Assembly (NCBI RefSeq): GCF_000185985.2 | Contig: NC_014909.2 | Span: forward strand, 600,001 to 632,000 | DNA length: 32,000 bases | Direction: 5' to 3' | From: Candidatus Saccharimonadota bacterium | GTDB taxonomy: Bacteria > Pseudomonadota > Gammaproteobacteria > Enterobacterales > Enterobacteriaceae | Shown here: positions 21,074 to 32,000 of the stretch, piece by piece | Layout of the letters: each line of letters starts with the position of its first letter | How positions within the stretch are numbered: the first letter of the stretch is position 1 | Notes under the pieces: model-generated | Databases searched by the model: none | What the model saw: the letters and a program-made list of their open reading frames with translations, nothing else | What the model was told of the DNA's origin: nothing | Program-made: the position numbers and the translations under genes

Positions 21074-21949
21074 ATGACTATTTCTATTTTTCACACCATT
21101 GGTCTTATAGGGAATACTTATTACCCCCAGGCAATACATATATATTATACATTATATAACTGGTTGCATAAAAAAGGAATTAAGGTTATAATAGAACAAC
21201 ATACTGCTAATTTATTACATGCACGTAAAGCAATTATAGGCAATTTAAAAGATATAGGAAATCTCGCTGATTTAGCAATAATTATAGGTGGAGATGGAAA
21301 TATATTAAGAGCCGCAAATATTCTTATTAGATATAACATTAAAATAATTGGAATTAATCTAGGAACTGTAGGATTTCTTGCTGATTTACATCCCAAATCT
21401 GCATTAGCAGAATTATCAAAAGTATTAACAGGAAACTTTACTAATGAAAAACGTTTTTTATTAGATGTAAAAATAAAACGTAACAATACCGTATTCAAAT
21501 TAGGTACCGCTATTAATGAAGTTATTTTACATACTAATACAATTAGGCAATTAATTAAATTTAAATTATACATTAATAATAAATTTATTTTTTCCTCTCG
21601 ATCAGATGGTTTAATTATTGCTACACCAACAGGATCTACCGCATACTCTCTTTCTGCTGGAGGACCAATTGTCACTCCTGCAATAAATGCAGTTATTTTA
21701 ATTCCAATATGTCCACATATCTTATCATCACGACCAATCGTAGTTGACAACAAAAGTATAATTTCTTTAAAATTTTCTCAATTTATATCAAAAATCAGAT
21801 TAGGATGTGATAACCAGGCTCCAATTAATATTTATGGAAAAAAAGAAATTTTAATACAACGCAGTAATTATTTTCTCGATCTCATACATCCTAATACTTA
21901 TAATTATTTTAAAAATTTAACTATAAAACTCGGATGGTCAAAAAAATAA
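21074..21949 (+). CDS. nadK: NAD kinase
   Basis: 291-aa ORF. IIGGDGNILRAA, GFLADL and ATPTGSTAYSLSAGGPIV match NadK/YfjB. It is divergent from grpE, as in E. coli. Confidence 0.94.
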   Translation: MTISIFHTIGLIGNTYYPQAIHIYYTLYNWLHKKGIKVIIEQHTANLLHARKAIIGNLKDIGNLADLAIIIGGDGNILRAANILIRYNIKIIGINLGTVGFLADLHPKSALAELSKVLTGNFTNEKRFLLDVKIKRNNTVFKLGTAINEVILHTNTIRQLIKFKLYINNKFIFSSRSDGLIIATPTGSTAYSLSAGGPIVTPAINAVILIPICPHILSSRPIVVDNKSIISLKFSQFISKIRLGCDNQAPINIYGKKEILIQRSNYFLDLIHPNTYNYFKNLTIKLGWSKK

Positions 21950-22055
21950 TTAGATAAAAAATTTGATGTATTTACTTATATTAACAAAAAAAATTAAAGT
22001 TCATTATAATAAATTTTATCAATACTATTCATCACATACAAATAAATCCAAAAAA

Positions 22056-22454
22056 ATGGATAAAAAACCACACATTAAACTAAAAAAAAAATGGAACCCA
22101 TTTAATAGAATCCATATATATTACTATATATGGATTCTATTAAATTCTAACTGTAGCTCCATAAATCAAATTAATTATCATTTAAATTATTTAAATACAA
22201 AACAAGGCTCGTACCTTCAATCACAAGATATACAAAAAATTCGTATCGGTATGACAAAATCTGAAATTCTTTCAAATATTGGTATAACTCCGACCTTAAA
22301 AAATTGTTTCGGATCAAACATATGGTATTACATATATCACCAATATATTAATGGTAAATTACAATATCAAACTGTTATTCTAACATTCAATAATAATGAT
22401 ATATTAACTGATTTCAATATTTTAAATAACATTAAAAAAAATAATCATAATTAG
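22056..22454 (+). CDS. bamE: outer-membrane assembly lipoprotein BamE (SmpA)
   Basis: The ORF track starts at a TTG at 21963, but homology to E. coli BamE covers only the C-terminal ~100 aa (QGSYLQSQDIQKIRIGMTKSEIL, IWYYIY, QTVILTFNNNDILTDF). I chose the ATG at 22056, which gives MDKKPHIKLKKKWNPFNRIHIYYYIWILLNSNC|SS. The Cys aligns with the E. coli lipidated Cys, but the box NSNC is not a canonical lipobox. The start is uncertain. Confidence 0.75.
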   Translation: MDKKPHIKLKKKWNPFNRIHIYYYIWILLNSNCSSINQINYHLNYLNTKQGSYLQSQDIQKIRIGMTKSEILSNIGITPTLKNCFGSNIWYYIYHQYINGKLQYQTVILTFNNNDILTDFNILNNIKKNNHN

Positions 22455-22516
22455 AATATTGACTCTATCTACTTATTGAATCGTAATTAAAATAATAAAA
22501 AAATTAAAATAACTTT

Positions 22517-22954
22517 TTAGAAACAACTATATATGTTCTTAGCTCTTAAAATAAATATTTTTATTATATTTTTATATACTTTCTGAAAAGAATAATTAAA
22601 AAACTTTTTAAATAAAACAGATTTAAATTCATAATAAGAAATATACTCTATTTTACAAATTACATTAGTTACAGGTACAAATTGCCAACAACCATAAAAT
22701 GATTTAAATGGACTATTTATTAAATAAATTATAATACTCTTATTTTTCGTAAAAAAATTATGAGTAATTACAGATTGCTTTACTCCACTCACAGTAAAAT
22801 GAATTTCAGCAATCAATTCAGTATCACTTTGTTGTATAACATGTATTAAATTGCACCCCGGAATAAACTCAGTATAAGCCCCAACATCATTGATTAAACA
22901 AAACATTTGTTCTACACTGTAAGGAACTAAAGCTAAACATTTAACATAACACAT
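22517..22954 (-). CDS. ratA: SRPBCC/START-domain protein RatA (YfjG, Coq10-like)
   Basis: 145-aa ORF. LALVPYSVEQMFCLINDVGAYTEFIPGC and GCWQFVP are collinear with E. coli RatA. It keeps the conserved position next to smpB, and ratB is absent. Confidence 0.82.
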   Translation of the reverse strand: MCYVKCLALVPYSVEQMFCLINDVGAYTEFIPGCNLIHVIQQSDTELIAEIHFTVSGVKQSVITHNFFTKNKSIIIYLINSPFKSFYGCWQFVPVTNVICKIEYISYYEFKSVLFKKFFNYSFQKVYKNIIKIFILRAKNIYSCF

Positions 22955-23118
22955 TTTTATTTTATTATTTCAATATATAACATTTTCTTATTGCTAAATA
23001 ATGATATTTATGTATGTACAATAAATAAATATAAAAATATCTGTTGTATCTTATATCCCGAATAGGATACATAATAATATTAAAAATTAGTATTTACTAT
23101 TTATTTAAATCAAAAAAA

Positions 23119-23580
23119 ATGAATCAATCATACTCTAAGCAAATCATACAAAATAAAGGTGTATATCATAAATACTTTATTGAAAAAAAAATAGAGTCTG
23201 GATTAGTATTATTAGGATGGGAAGTGAAAGCAATACGATCTAAACAAGTGGTTATTGATAATAGTTACATATCTTTTCAAAACCAAGAAGCATTCATATA
23301 TAATTCTTTTTTTAAAAAAATAAACACAAATAATAACCCAATTTATGATACGAATCGTATTCGAAAATTATTATTAAAAAAACAAGAATTACTATTTTTA
23401 AAAGAAAAAATTAAGCGTTATAAATATACCATAGTAATTATAAATCTATTTTGGAAAAATTCATGGATAAAGGCTACTATTGGATTAGCTAAAGGAAAAA
23501 GAAATTTTGACAAAAGAAATATTGTTCATTCAAATGAATGGAAATCTAAAAAACAAAATCTTGTTAAATATAGACAATAG
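23119..23580 (+). CDS. smpB: SsrA-binding protein SmpB
   Basis: The ORF track starts at 23044, but similarity to E. coli SmpB starts at MNQSYSKQIIQNKGVYHKYFIEKKIESGLVLLGWEVKAIR (ATG at 23119). It continues with RIRKLLLKKQEL and a basic C-terminal tail. The gene lies directly upstream of ssrA. Confidence 0.9.
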   Translation: MNQSYSKQIIQNKGVYHKYFIEKKIESGLVLLGWEVKAIRSKQVVIDNSYISFQNQEAFIYNSFFKKINTNNNPIYDTNRIRKLLLKKQELLFLKEKIKRYKYTIVIINLFWKNSWIKATIGLAKGKRNFDKRNIVHSNEWKSKKQNLVKYRQ

Positions 23581-23583
23581 TAT

Positions 23584-23612
23584 TTGTATTTACATAATTT
23601 TGATGATATAAT
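23584..23612 (+). promoter_or_regulatory. candidate ssrA promoter
   Basis: TTGTAT (23584-23589), a 17-nt spacer, then TGaTATAAT (extended -10, 23604-23612). It ends 18 nt before the tmRNA 5' GGGG, which fits a short RNase P-processed leader. Confidence 0.45.
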
Positions 23613-23629
23613 AAAAATTACTTATATTA

Positions 23630-24062
23630 GGGGCTGATTTTGGATTTGACGGAATATCTTAAGTTTAAAGTGCATGTCGAGGGGAGATAGGCCTCGAAAA
23701 AAAATCTCGAAAAATAATTGCAAATTACAATTACAATGAATCTGCTGCGCTAGCAGCTTAACCAAACTAAACCATTGGAGATTCCCTTTCCGAACTAAAA
23801 ATTACTCTTAATTTTAGGTTCGTATAGTGTATAATATATTAAGATACACTGAAGTATAAAATACAAAGAAAGGTTATAAAATAATAAGAGTGCTCGTTAT
23901 AAGTGCGCTTTTACACATAACGAAAAATAAAAATTAAAAGCTAGTTGAATTAAAAATTGATCTTAATTTATTTTCAATGAAACTCATATAAGATCTAAAC
24001 ATGTAGTAACTATAAGCTGTAAGAAGTTCTGGACGCGGGTTCGAATCCCGCCAGCTCCACCA
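23630..24062 (+). ncRNA. ssrA: tmRNA (SsrA), 433 nt with encoded CCA
   Basis: The 5' end GGGGCTGATTTTGGATTTGACGG and the 3' end GGACGCGGGTTCGAATCCCGCCAGCTCCACCA closely match the E. coli tmRNA tRNA-like domain. An internal tag ORF lies at 23720-23761: GCA AAT TAC AAT TAC AAT GAA TCT GCT GCG CTA GCA GCT TAA, encoding ANYNYNESAALAA. Confidence 0.97.
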
Positions 24063-24078
24063 TTATATAAAATTTAAA

Positions 24079-24102
24079 AAGAATTTAAAATTCTTGTTTT
24101 TT
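24079..24102 (+). terminator. intrinsic terminator of ssrA
   Basis: AAGAATT-taa-AATTCTT (7-bp stem) followed by GTTTTTT, beginning 17 nt after the tmRNA CCA. It is preceded by an A-tract. Confidence 0.5.
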
Positions 24103-24213
24103 AACCCAAAAAGATTTTATAAAAATCAAAATTAAAGTGTTTGTTATTTTTAAACCAGCTAATCTCAAACCAAATTATTCTATATATTTCAATTATCAAT
24201 AAAATAAATTTAT

Positions 24214-24543
24214 ATGGATTACTTATATTTATTCGTTGCTATTATTTCAGAAGTAATTGCTACAACTTCATTAAAAGCTTCTGAAGGATTAAGTAAATTT
24301 TGCCCTGCTGTCGTAGTAATAATAGGTTATTCTTTATCTTTTATATTATTATCATTGGTATTACGCACCATACCTATGGGTATAGCCTATTCTTATTGGG
24401 CTGGATTAGGTATAATATTTATTACTTTTGTGGGATATTTTTTTTATAATCAGAAAATAGATATTTATTCTATTGTTGGTATCATATTAATAATTACTGG
24501 CATTATTTTAATTAATATTTTTTCACAAACAGTAAAACATTAA
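24214..24543 (+). CDS. small multidrug resistance (SMR) family transporter, EmrE/QacE-like (Qac subtype)
   Basis: 109-aa ORF with four predicted TM helices. It has the essential membrane Glu in AIISEVIATTSLKASEG (EmrE E14 context), IIGYSLSF, and IAYSYWAGLG (EmrE Y60/W63 context). It resembles QacE/EmrE much more than the SugE/Gdx signature. Confidence 0.88.
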   Translation: MDYLYLFVAIISEVIATTSLKASEGLSKFCPAVVVIIGYSLSFILLSLVLRTIPMGIAYSYWAGLGIIFITFVGYFFYNQKIDIYSIVGIILIITGIILINIFSQTVKH

Positions 24544-24638
24544 CGTTAAAACCCATATAATGGCAGCATATTTTAATATGTAATAAATAATTATAAAGTT
24601 TTAACTTTAATTTATTTTCATAACAAATAGGTATATTT

Positions 24639-26018
24639 GTGTTTCACAAAATAAAAAAAAGTAAAAATCAACTCAATTATAATATACACAATAAATTTTT
24701 AATAGAATTACCAAAAATCACACAAAAATCTAAAGATTTTAAAGTTATATACAGCCCTAAGGAATTTTATTCAGCACTATTAAATGCTATTTATCAAGCT
24801 TATCAGCATATTTACCTTGTTGCTTTATATTTAGAAAATGATCAAGGAGGGCAAAACATCATAAATGCTATCTTAAATGTAAAAAAAATTCGTCCATCAA
24901 TACAAATTAAAATTGTAGTTGATTGGTACAGAGCTAAAAGAGGAAGATTTGGTGAATCTACATATTATACCAACATATACTGGTATAATGATATTATTAA
25001 TAAATATCCACATACTGATATTGCAATATTCGGAATTCCAATAAATATTAGTGAAATATTAGGAGTTTTACATTTAAAAGGCTTTATTATTGATGATACT
25101 ATATTGTATAGTGGAGCTAATTTAAATAACGAATATTTACATATCTATGATAAATATCGACACGATCGTTACCATATTATAAAAAACAAAATTTTATCCT
25201 ATACAATGTTAGAATATATTGAAAAAACATTATTAAATTCTAAAGTAACTAAAAAATTTAACCAACACGAGCTTTTACCCAAATTAAATAAAAATAAAAT
25301 TTTAATATTTAGAAACAAATTACGAAAATTTACTTATAATTATACAAATAATGCCAATTTTAATGAACTTTCAATTTCTCCTTTAGTTGGATTAGGTAAA
25401 AATAGTATACTTAATCAAACAATATACCATTTAATATCTTCAGTAAAACATAAAATAATTTTTTGTACTCCTTATTTCAACATACCCAATACATTCATTC
25501 GTATAATACATTCATTATTACATCAAAATAAAATTATAGAGATTATTGTAGGCGATAAAATTGCAAATGATTTTTACAATGCTAATCAAGAACATGAACC
25601 ATTTAAATTTATTAATGCTTTACCATACTTATACGAAATTAATTTACGTTTGTTTGTAAAAAAATTACAAAATTTTATTGATAATAAACAACTAATTATT
25701 CGCTTATGGAAAGCAGGCAATAATGGATATCATATTAAAGGCATATGGGTTGATGATGAATGGCAATTAATTACTGGAAGTAATCTAAATCCTAGAGCCT
25801 TACGATTTGATTTAGAAAATGCCTTACTCATTCACGATCCATTAAACGAACTAATACATCAAAAAAAACAGGAATTAAATCAAATTCAATCTTATACCTA
25901 TCTAATCCCTCATTATACATCCTTACAAAATATTTCTGATTATCCTGCAAAAATTAAACGATTGATTCTTCGAATACGTCAAATTAAATTTGATAAACTA
26001 ATAAACAAATTATTATAA
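24639..26018 (+). CDS. pssA: CDP-diacylglycerol--serine O-phosphatidyltransferase (PLD-type phosphatidylserine synthase)
   Basis: 459-aa ORF with a GTG start. It has two HKD motifs (HLKGFIIDD...SGANLN and HIKGIWVDD...TGSNLN). LPKITQ, VALYLENDQGG and ALPYLYEINLR are collinear with E. coli PssA. Confidence 0.94.
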   Translation: MFHKIKKSKNQLNYNIHNKFLIELPKITQKSKDFKVIYSPKEFYSALLNAIYQAYQHIYLVALYLENDQGGQNIINAILNVKKIRPSIQIKIVVDWYRAKRGRFGESTYYTNIYWYNDIINKYPHTDIAIFGIPINISEILGVLHLKGFIIDDTILYSGANLNNEYLHIYDKYRHDRYHIIKNKILSYTMLEYIEKTLLNSKVTKKFNQHELLPKLNKNKILIFRNKLRKFTYNYTNNANFNELSISPLVGLGKNSILNQTIYHLISSVKHKIIFCTPYFNIPNTFIRIIHSLLHQNKIIEIIVGDKIANDFYNANQEHEPFKFINALPYLYEINLRLFVKKLQNFIDNKQLIIRLWKAGNNGYHIKGIWVDDEWQLITGSNLNPRALRFDLENALLIHDPLNELIHQKKQELNQIQSYTYLIPHYTSLQNISDYPAKIKRLILRIRQIKFDKLINKLL

Positions 26019-26094
26019 ATTTAATAATTATCGTAAAAATTTTTTATTAATAACCTTTTTGATCTCAATTGATTTTCTATTAATTTTAAGCTAC

Positions 26095-26113
26095 AAAAGA
26101 TCTCAAATATTGC

Positions 26114-26121
<8 letters not shown>
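26095..26121 (-). other. 3' arm of the 23S precursor processing helix (helix 1 plus a ~19-bp extension)
   Basis: Bases 26095-26121 pair with 29171-29197 as 27 consecutive base pairs (24 Watson-Crick and 3 G-U in the RNA), worked out position by position. The outer ~19 bp lie outside the mature 23S ends inferred by alignment with E. coli. This is the expected RNase III substrate. Confidence 0.7.
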
Positions 26122-29170
<3,049 letters not shown>

Positions 29171-29176
<6 letters not shown>

Positions 29177-29197
29177 TCGCAATACTTGAGACCTCTT
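29171..29197 (-). other. 5' arm of the 23S precursor processing helix
   Basis: Complementary to 26095-26121 (see the partner feature). It spans the first ~6 nt of mature 23S plus ~21 nt of the upstream spacer. Confidence 0.7.
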
Positions 29198-29340
29198 TTT
29201 TCCACAAAAACTCAACACGCAAGTAAACACACTTACCTGTTGTTACTATTTTATAGCAGTATTATTTTCGGTTTTGTATATTGCACACATTAATATATGA
29301 AAATACTATTCATATAGTATGTAAAACCAATACATCCACT

Positions 29341-29353
29341 TTGTTAAAGAACA
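29341..29353 (-). promoter_or_regulatory. boxA antitermination element in the tRNA-Glu/23S spacer
   Basis: The minus strand reads TGTTCTTTAACAA, which matches the E. coli rrn boxA consensus TGCTCTTTAACAA at 12 of 13 positions. It lies about 165 nt upstream of 23S, where E. coli operons carry their spacer boxA. Confidence 0.7.
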
Positions 29354-29394
29354 AAAAACTAAACAAAAAAATTACACCCCTATTTTACTAACTC

Positions 29395-29467
29395 TGTCCC
29401 CTAGGGGCTTCGAACCCCTGTTGCCGCCGTGAAAGGGCAGTGTCCTAAGCCTCTAGACGAAGGGGAC
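29395..29467 (-). tRNA. gltW: tRNA-Glu (anticodon UUC), 3' CCA not encoded
   Basis: The reverse complement GTCCCCTTCGTCTAGAGGCTTAGGACACTGCCCTTTCACGGCGGCAACAGGGGTTCGAAGCCCCTAGGGGAC+A is near-identical to E. coli tRNA-Glu. The anticodon loop is CTTTCAC. The bases after the discriminator are GAG rather than CCA. Confidence 0.96.
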
Positions 29468-29569
29468 TCTTCTTTATCTAGATTCATCTACATCATCATA
29501 CATAAAAAAATCTAACAAAACACTTTCCCTATTACAAACTTACTTTCTTTGTTAAAATATCAACTTAAC

Positions 29570-29582
29570 TTGTGATAGACAC
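29570..29582 (-). other. 3'-flank arm of the putative 16S precursor (RNase III) stem
   Basis: RNA GUGUCUAUCACAA, about 25 nt after the 16S 3' end, pairs with leader RNA UUGUGUAGACAC (31329-31340). This gives 12 bp with one bulged U. It is analogous to the E. coli 16S processing stem. Confidence 0.45.
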
Positions 29583-29606
29583 CCTACTTACATACATCAT
29601 CTTAAG

Positions 29607-31229
<1,623 letters not shown>

Positions 31230-31328
31230 TTAAAAATCAACACACCATTCCTCAATTCACTAACTACAGAACGGTAATTAAAAACCATTACTTTATTTTT
31301 AAAATCTTACTGAAACGCATGTGTTCAA

Positions 31329-31340
31329 GTGTCTACACAA
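31329..31340 (-). other. leader arm of the putative 16S precursor stem
   Basis: See the partner feature at 29570-29582. It lies about 100 nt upstream of the mature 16S 5' end. Confidence 0.45.
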
Positions 31341-31485
31341 ACTCTTCTTCTTAAATTACCTATTCCAATTCTAATACAACCATTAAATATTACTACAAAA
31401 CTTTTTTATTCATCTTCTTTCTATATTAAACTATACGAATCTCTAACTATTACATTAAATTTCATTTAATAATATAGAATATAAG

Positions 31486-31514
31486 TTAGTAACACACTTC
31501 AACAACACTGTCAA
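31486..31514 (-). promoter_or_regulatory. candidate rrn promoter
   Basis: The minus strand reads TTGACA (31514-31509), a 17-nt spacer, then TACTAA (31491-31486). An A/T tract (AAAAAAAATTAACAATTTTATATAAAATG) lies upstream and could act as an UP element. The -10 is weak (3 of 6) and the whole region is AT-rich, so specificity is low. Confidence 0.3.
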
Positions 31515-31734
31515 CAACATTTTATATAAAATTGTTAATTTTTTTTCAAAACCTAAAATTAACAATTTATTACAAAATAATAAATTATTTTTTATTTAAC
31601 TTATTCATCTATTCTATAGTAGAATATTTCTGAACAAAATTAACAACACAAATATTTTACTACACTAGTAATAATTAGTAGAAATTAACAGCTCAAAATA
31701 CATACTAACACCTAATATACAGGAAATTACAATT

Positions 31735-32000
31735 ATGTCATCGTTATTACCTATTCATCAAGCACTTATTAGTGTATTTAATAAATCTGAATTATTAAAT
31801 TTTTCAAGAGCTCTATTTAAACAAGGAGTATGTTTAATATCTACAGAAGGTACTGCTCATATGTTATCAAATGCCGGAGTTACAACACATCCTGTATCTA
31901 ACTATACTAAATTACCAGAACTTATGAATGGACGAGTTAAAACATTACATCACAAAATATCTGCTGGTATTCTAAATAGAAAAGGAATAGATGACACTAT
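31735..32000 (+). CDS. purH: bifunctional AICAR transformylase / IMP cyclohydrolase; N-terminal 88 codons only, truncated by the window edge
   Basis: An ATG at 31735 is preceded by AGGAAA at 31721. The translation MSSLLPIHQALISVFNKSELLNFSRALFKQGVCLISTEGTAHMLSNAGVTTHPVSNYTKLPELMNGRVKTLHHKISAGILNRKGIDD is collinear with the E. coli PurH N-terminus (RRALLSVSDK...LLSTGGTA...MDGRVKTLHPK). Confidence 0.92.
   Translation, partial: MSSLLPIHQALISVFNKSELLNFSRALFKQGVCLISTEGTAHMLSNAGVTTHPVSNYTKLPELMNGRVKTLHHKISAGILNRKGIDDT

Noticed and set aside
21145-21753. 202-aa minus-strand ORF
   Set aside because: It is entirely antisense to nadK, whose identity is secure (GGDGN motif, full collinearity). No family resemblance is evident.
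23044-23118. 25-codon N-terminal extension of the smpB ORF. Similar upstream extensions occur in bamE (21963-22055) and iscS (10846-10863).
   Set aside because: Homology to the E. coli proteins starts at the internal Met in each case. The extensions are AT-rich, low-complexity read-through of upstream spacer.
24063-24640. Possible genomic island integrated at the ssrA 3' end (SMR gene as cargo)
   Set aside because: There is no integrase, no duplicated copy of the tmRNA 3' end downstream of the SMR gene, and no compositional discontinuity. I treat it as a resident gene, not a mobile element.
26019-26113. Possible degenerate 5S rRNA between 23S and pssA
   Set aside because: The gap is only ~95 nt, has very low GC, and shows no similarity to conserved 5S segments. 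A short direct repeat GATCTCAA (26053 and 26099) is the only structure I see.

Overview
This is a very AT-rich, gene-dense window, with GC-normal sequence only in the rRNA, tRNA and tmRNA genes. It looks like the reduced genome of an obligate gammaproteobacterial (Enterobacterales-type) insect endosymbiont. I cannot name the organism without a database search; a Blochmannia- or Buchnera-like lineage is my guess. Every substantial ORF that is not an antisense shadow matches a well-known housekeeping family. In order these are guaB (partial), mqo, der, hisS, ispG, rlmN, ndk, iscS, suhB, glyA, tadA, acpS, pdxJ, rnc, lepB, lepA, ung, grpE, nadK, bamE, ratA, smpB, ssrA (tmRNA), an EmrE/QacE-like SMR transporter and pssA. 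A minus-strand rRNA operon follows (16S, tRNA-Glu(UUC), 23S), then the 5' end of purH. Gene order is largely collinear with the E. coli 56-59 min region as I recall it, with clean deletions of accessory genes: rodZ, yfgM/bamB, iscR, iscUA-hscBA-fdx, era/recO, recN and ratB. I see no CRISPR array, IS element, integrase, phage remnant, toxin-antitoxin cassette or multi-gene block of unknown function. I therefore cannot honestly claim a novel system here. The observations most worth a second look fall into four groups. (1) The rRNA operon is unusual: there is no 5S gene after 23S. AT-rich insertions sit at the two classical RNase III intervening-sequence sites of 23S (helices 25 and 45) and in 16S helices 6 and 10. 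A conserved boxA lies in the spacer, and long processing stems flank both rRNAs. (2) The SuhB homologue has eroded phosphatase metal-binding motifs. (3) An SMR efflux gene lies directly downstream of ssrA. (4) Deletion scars remain, namely the era/recO gap and an orphan, C-terminally shortened iscS. All comparisons with E. coli come from memory and hand alignment and need computational confirmation.
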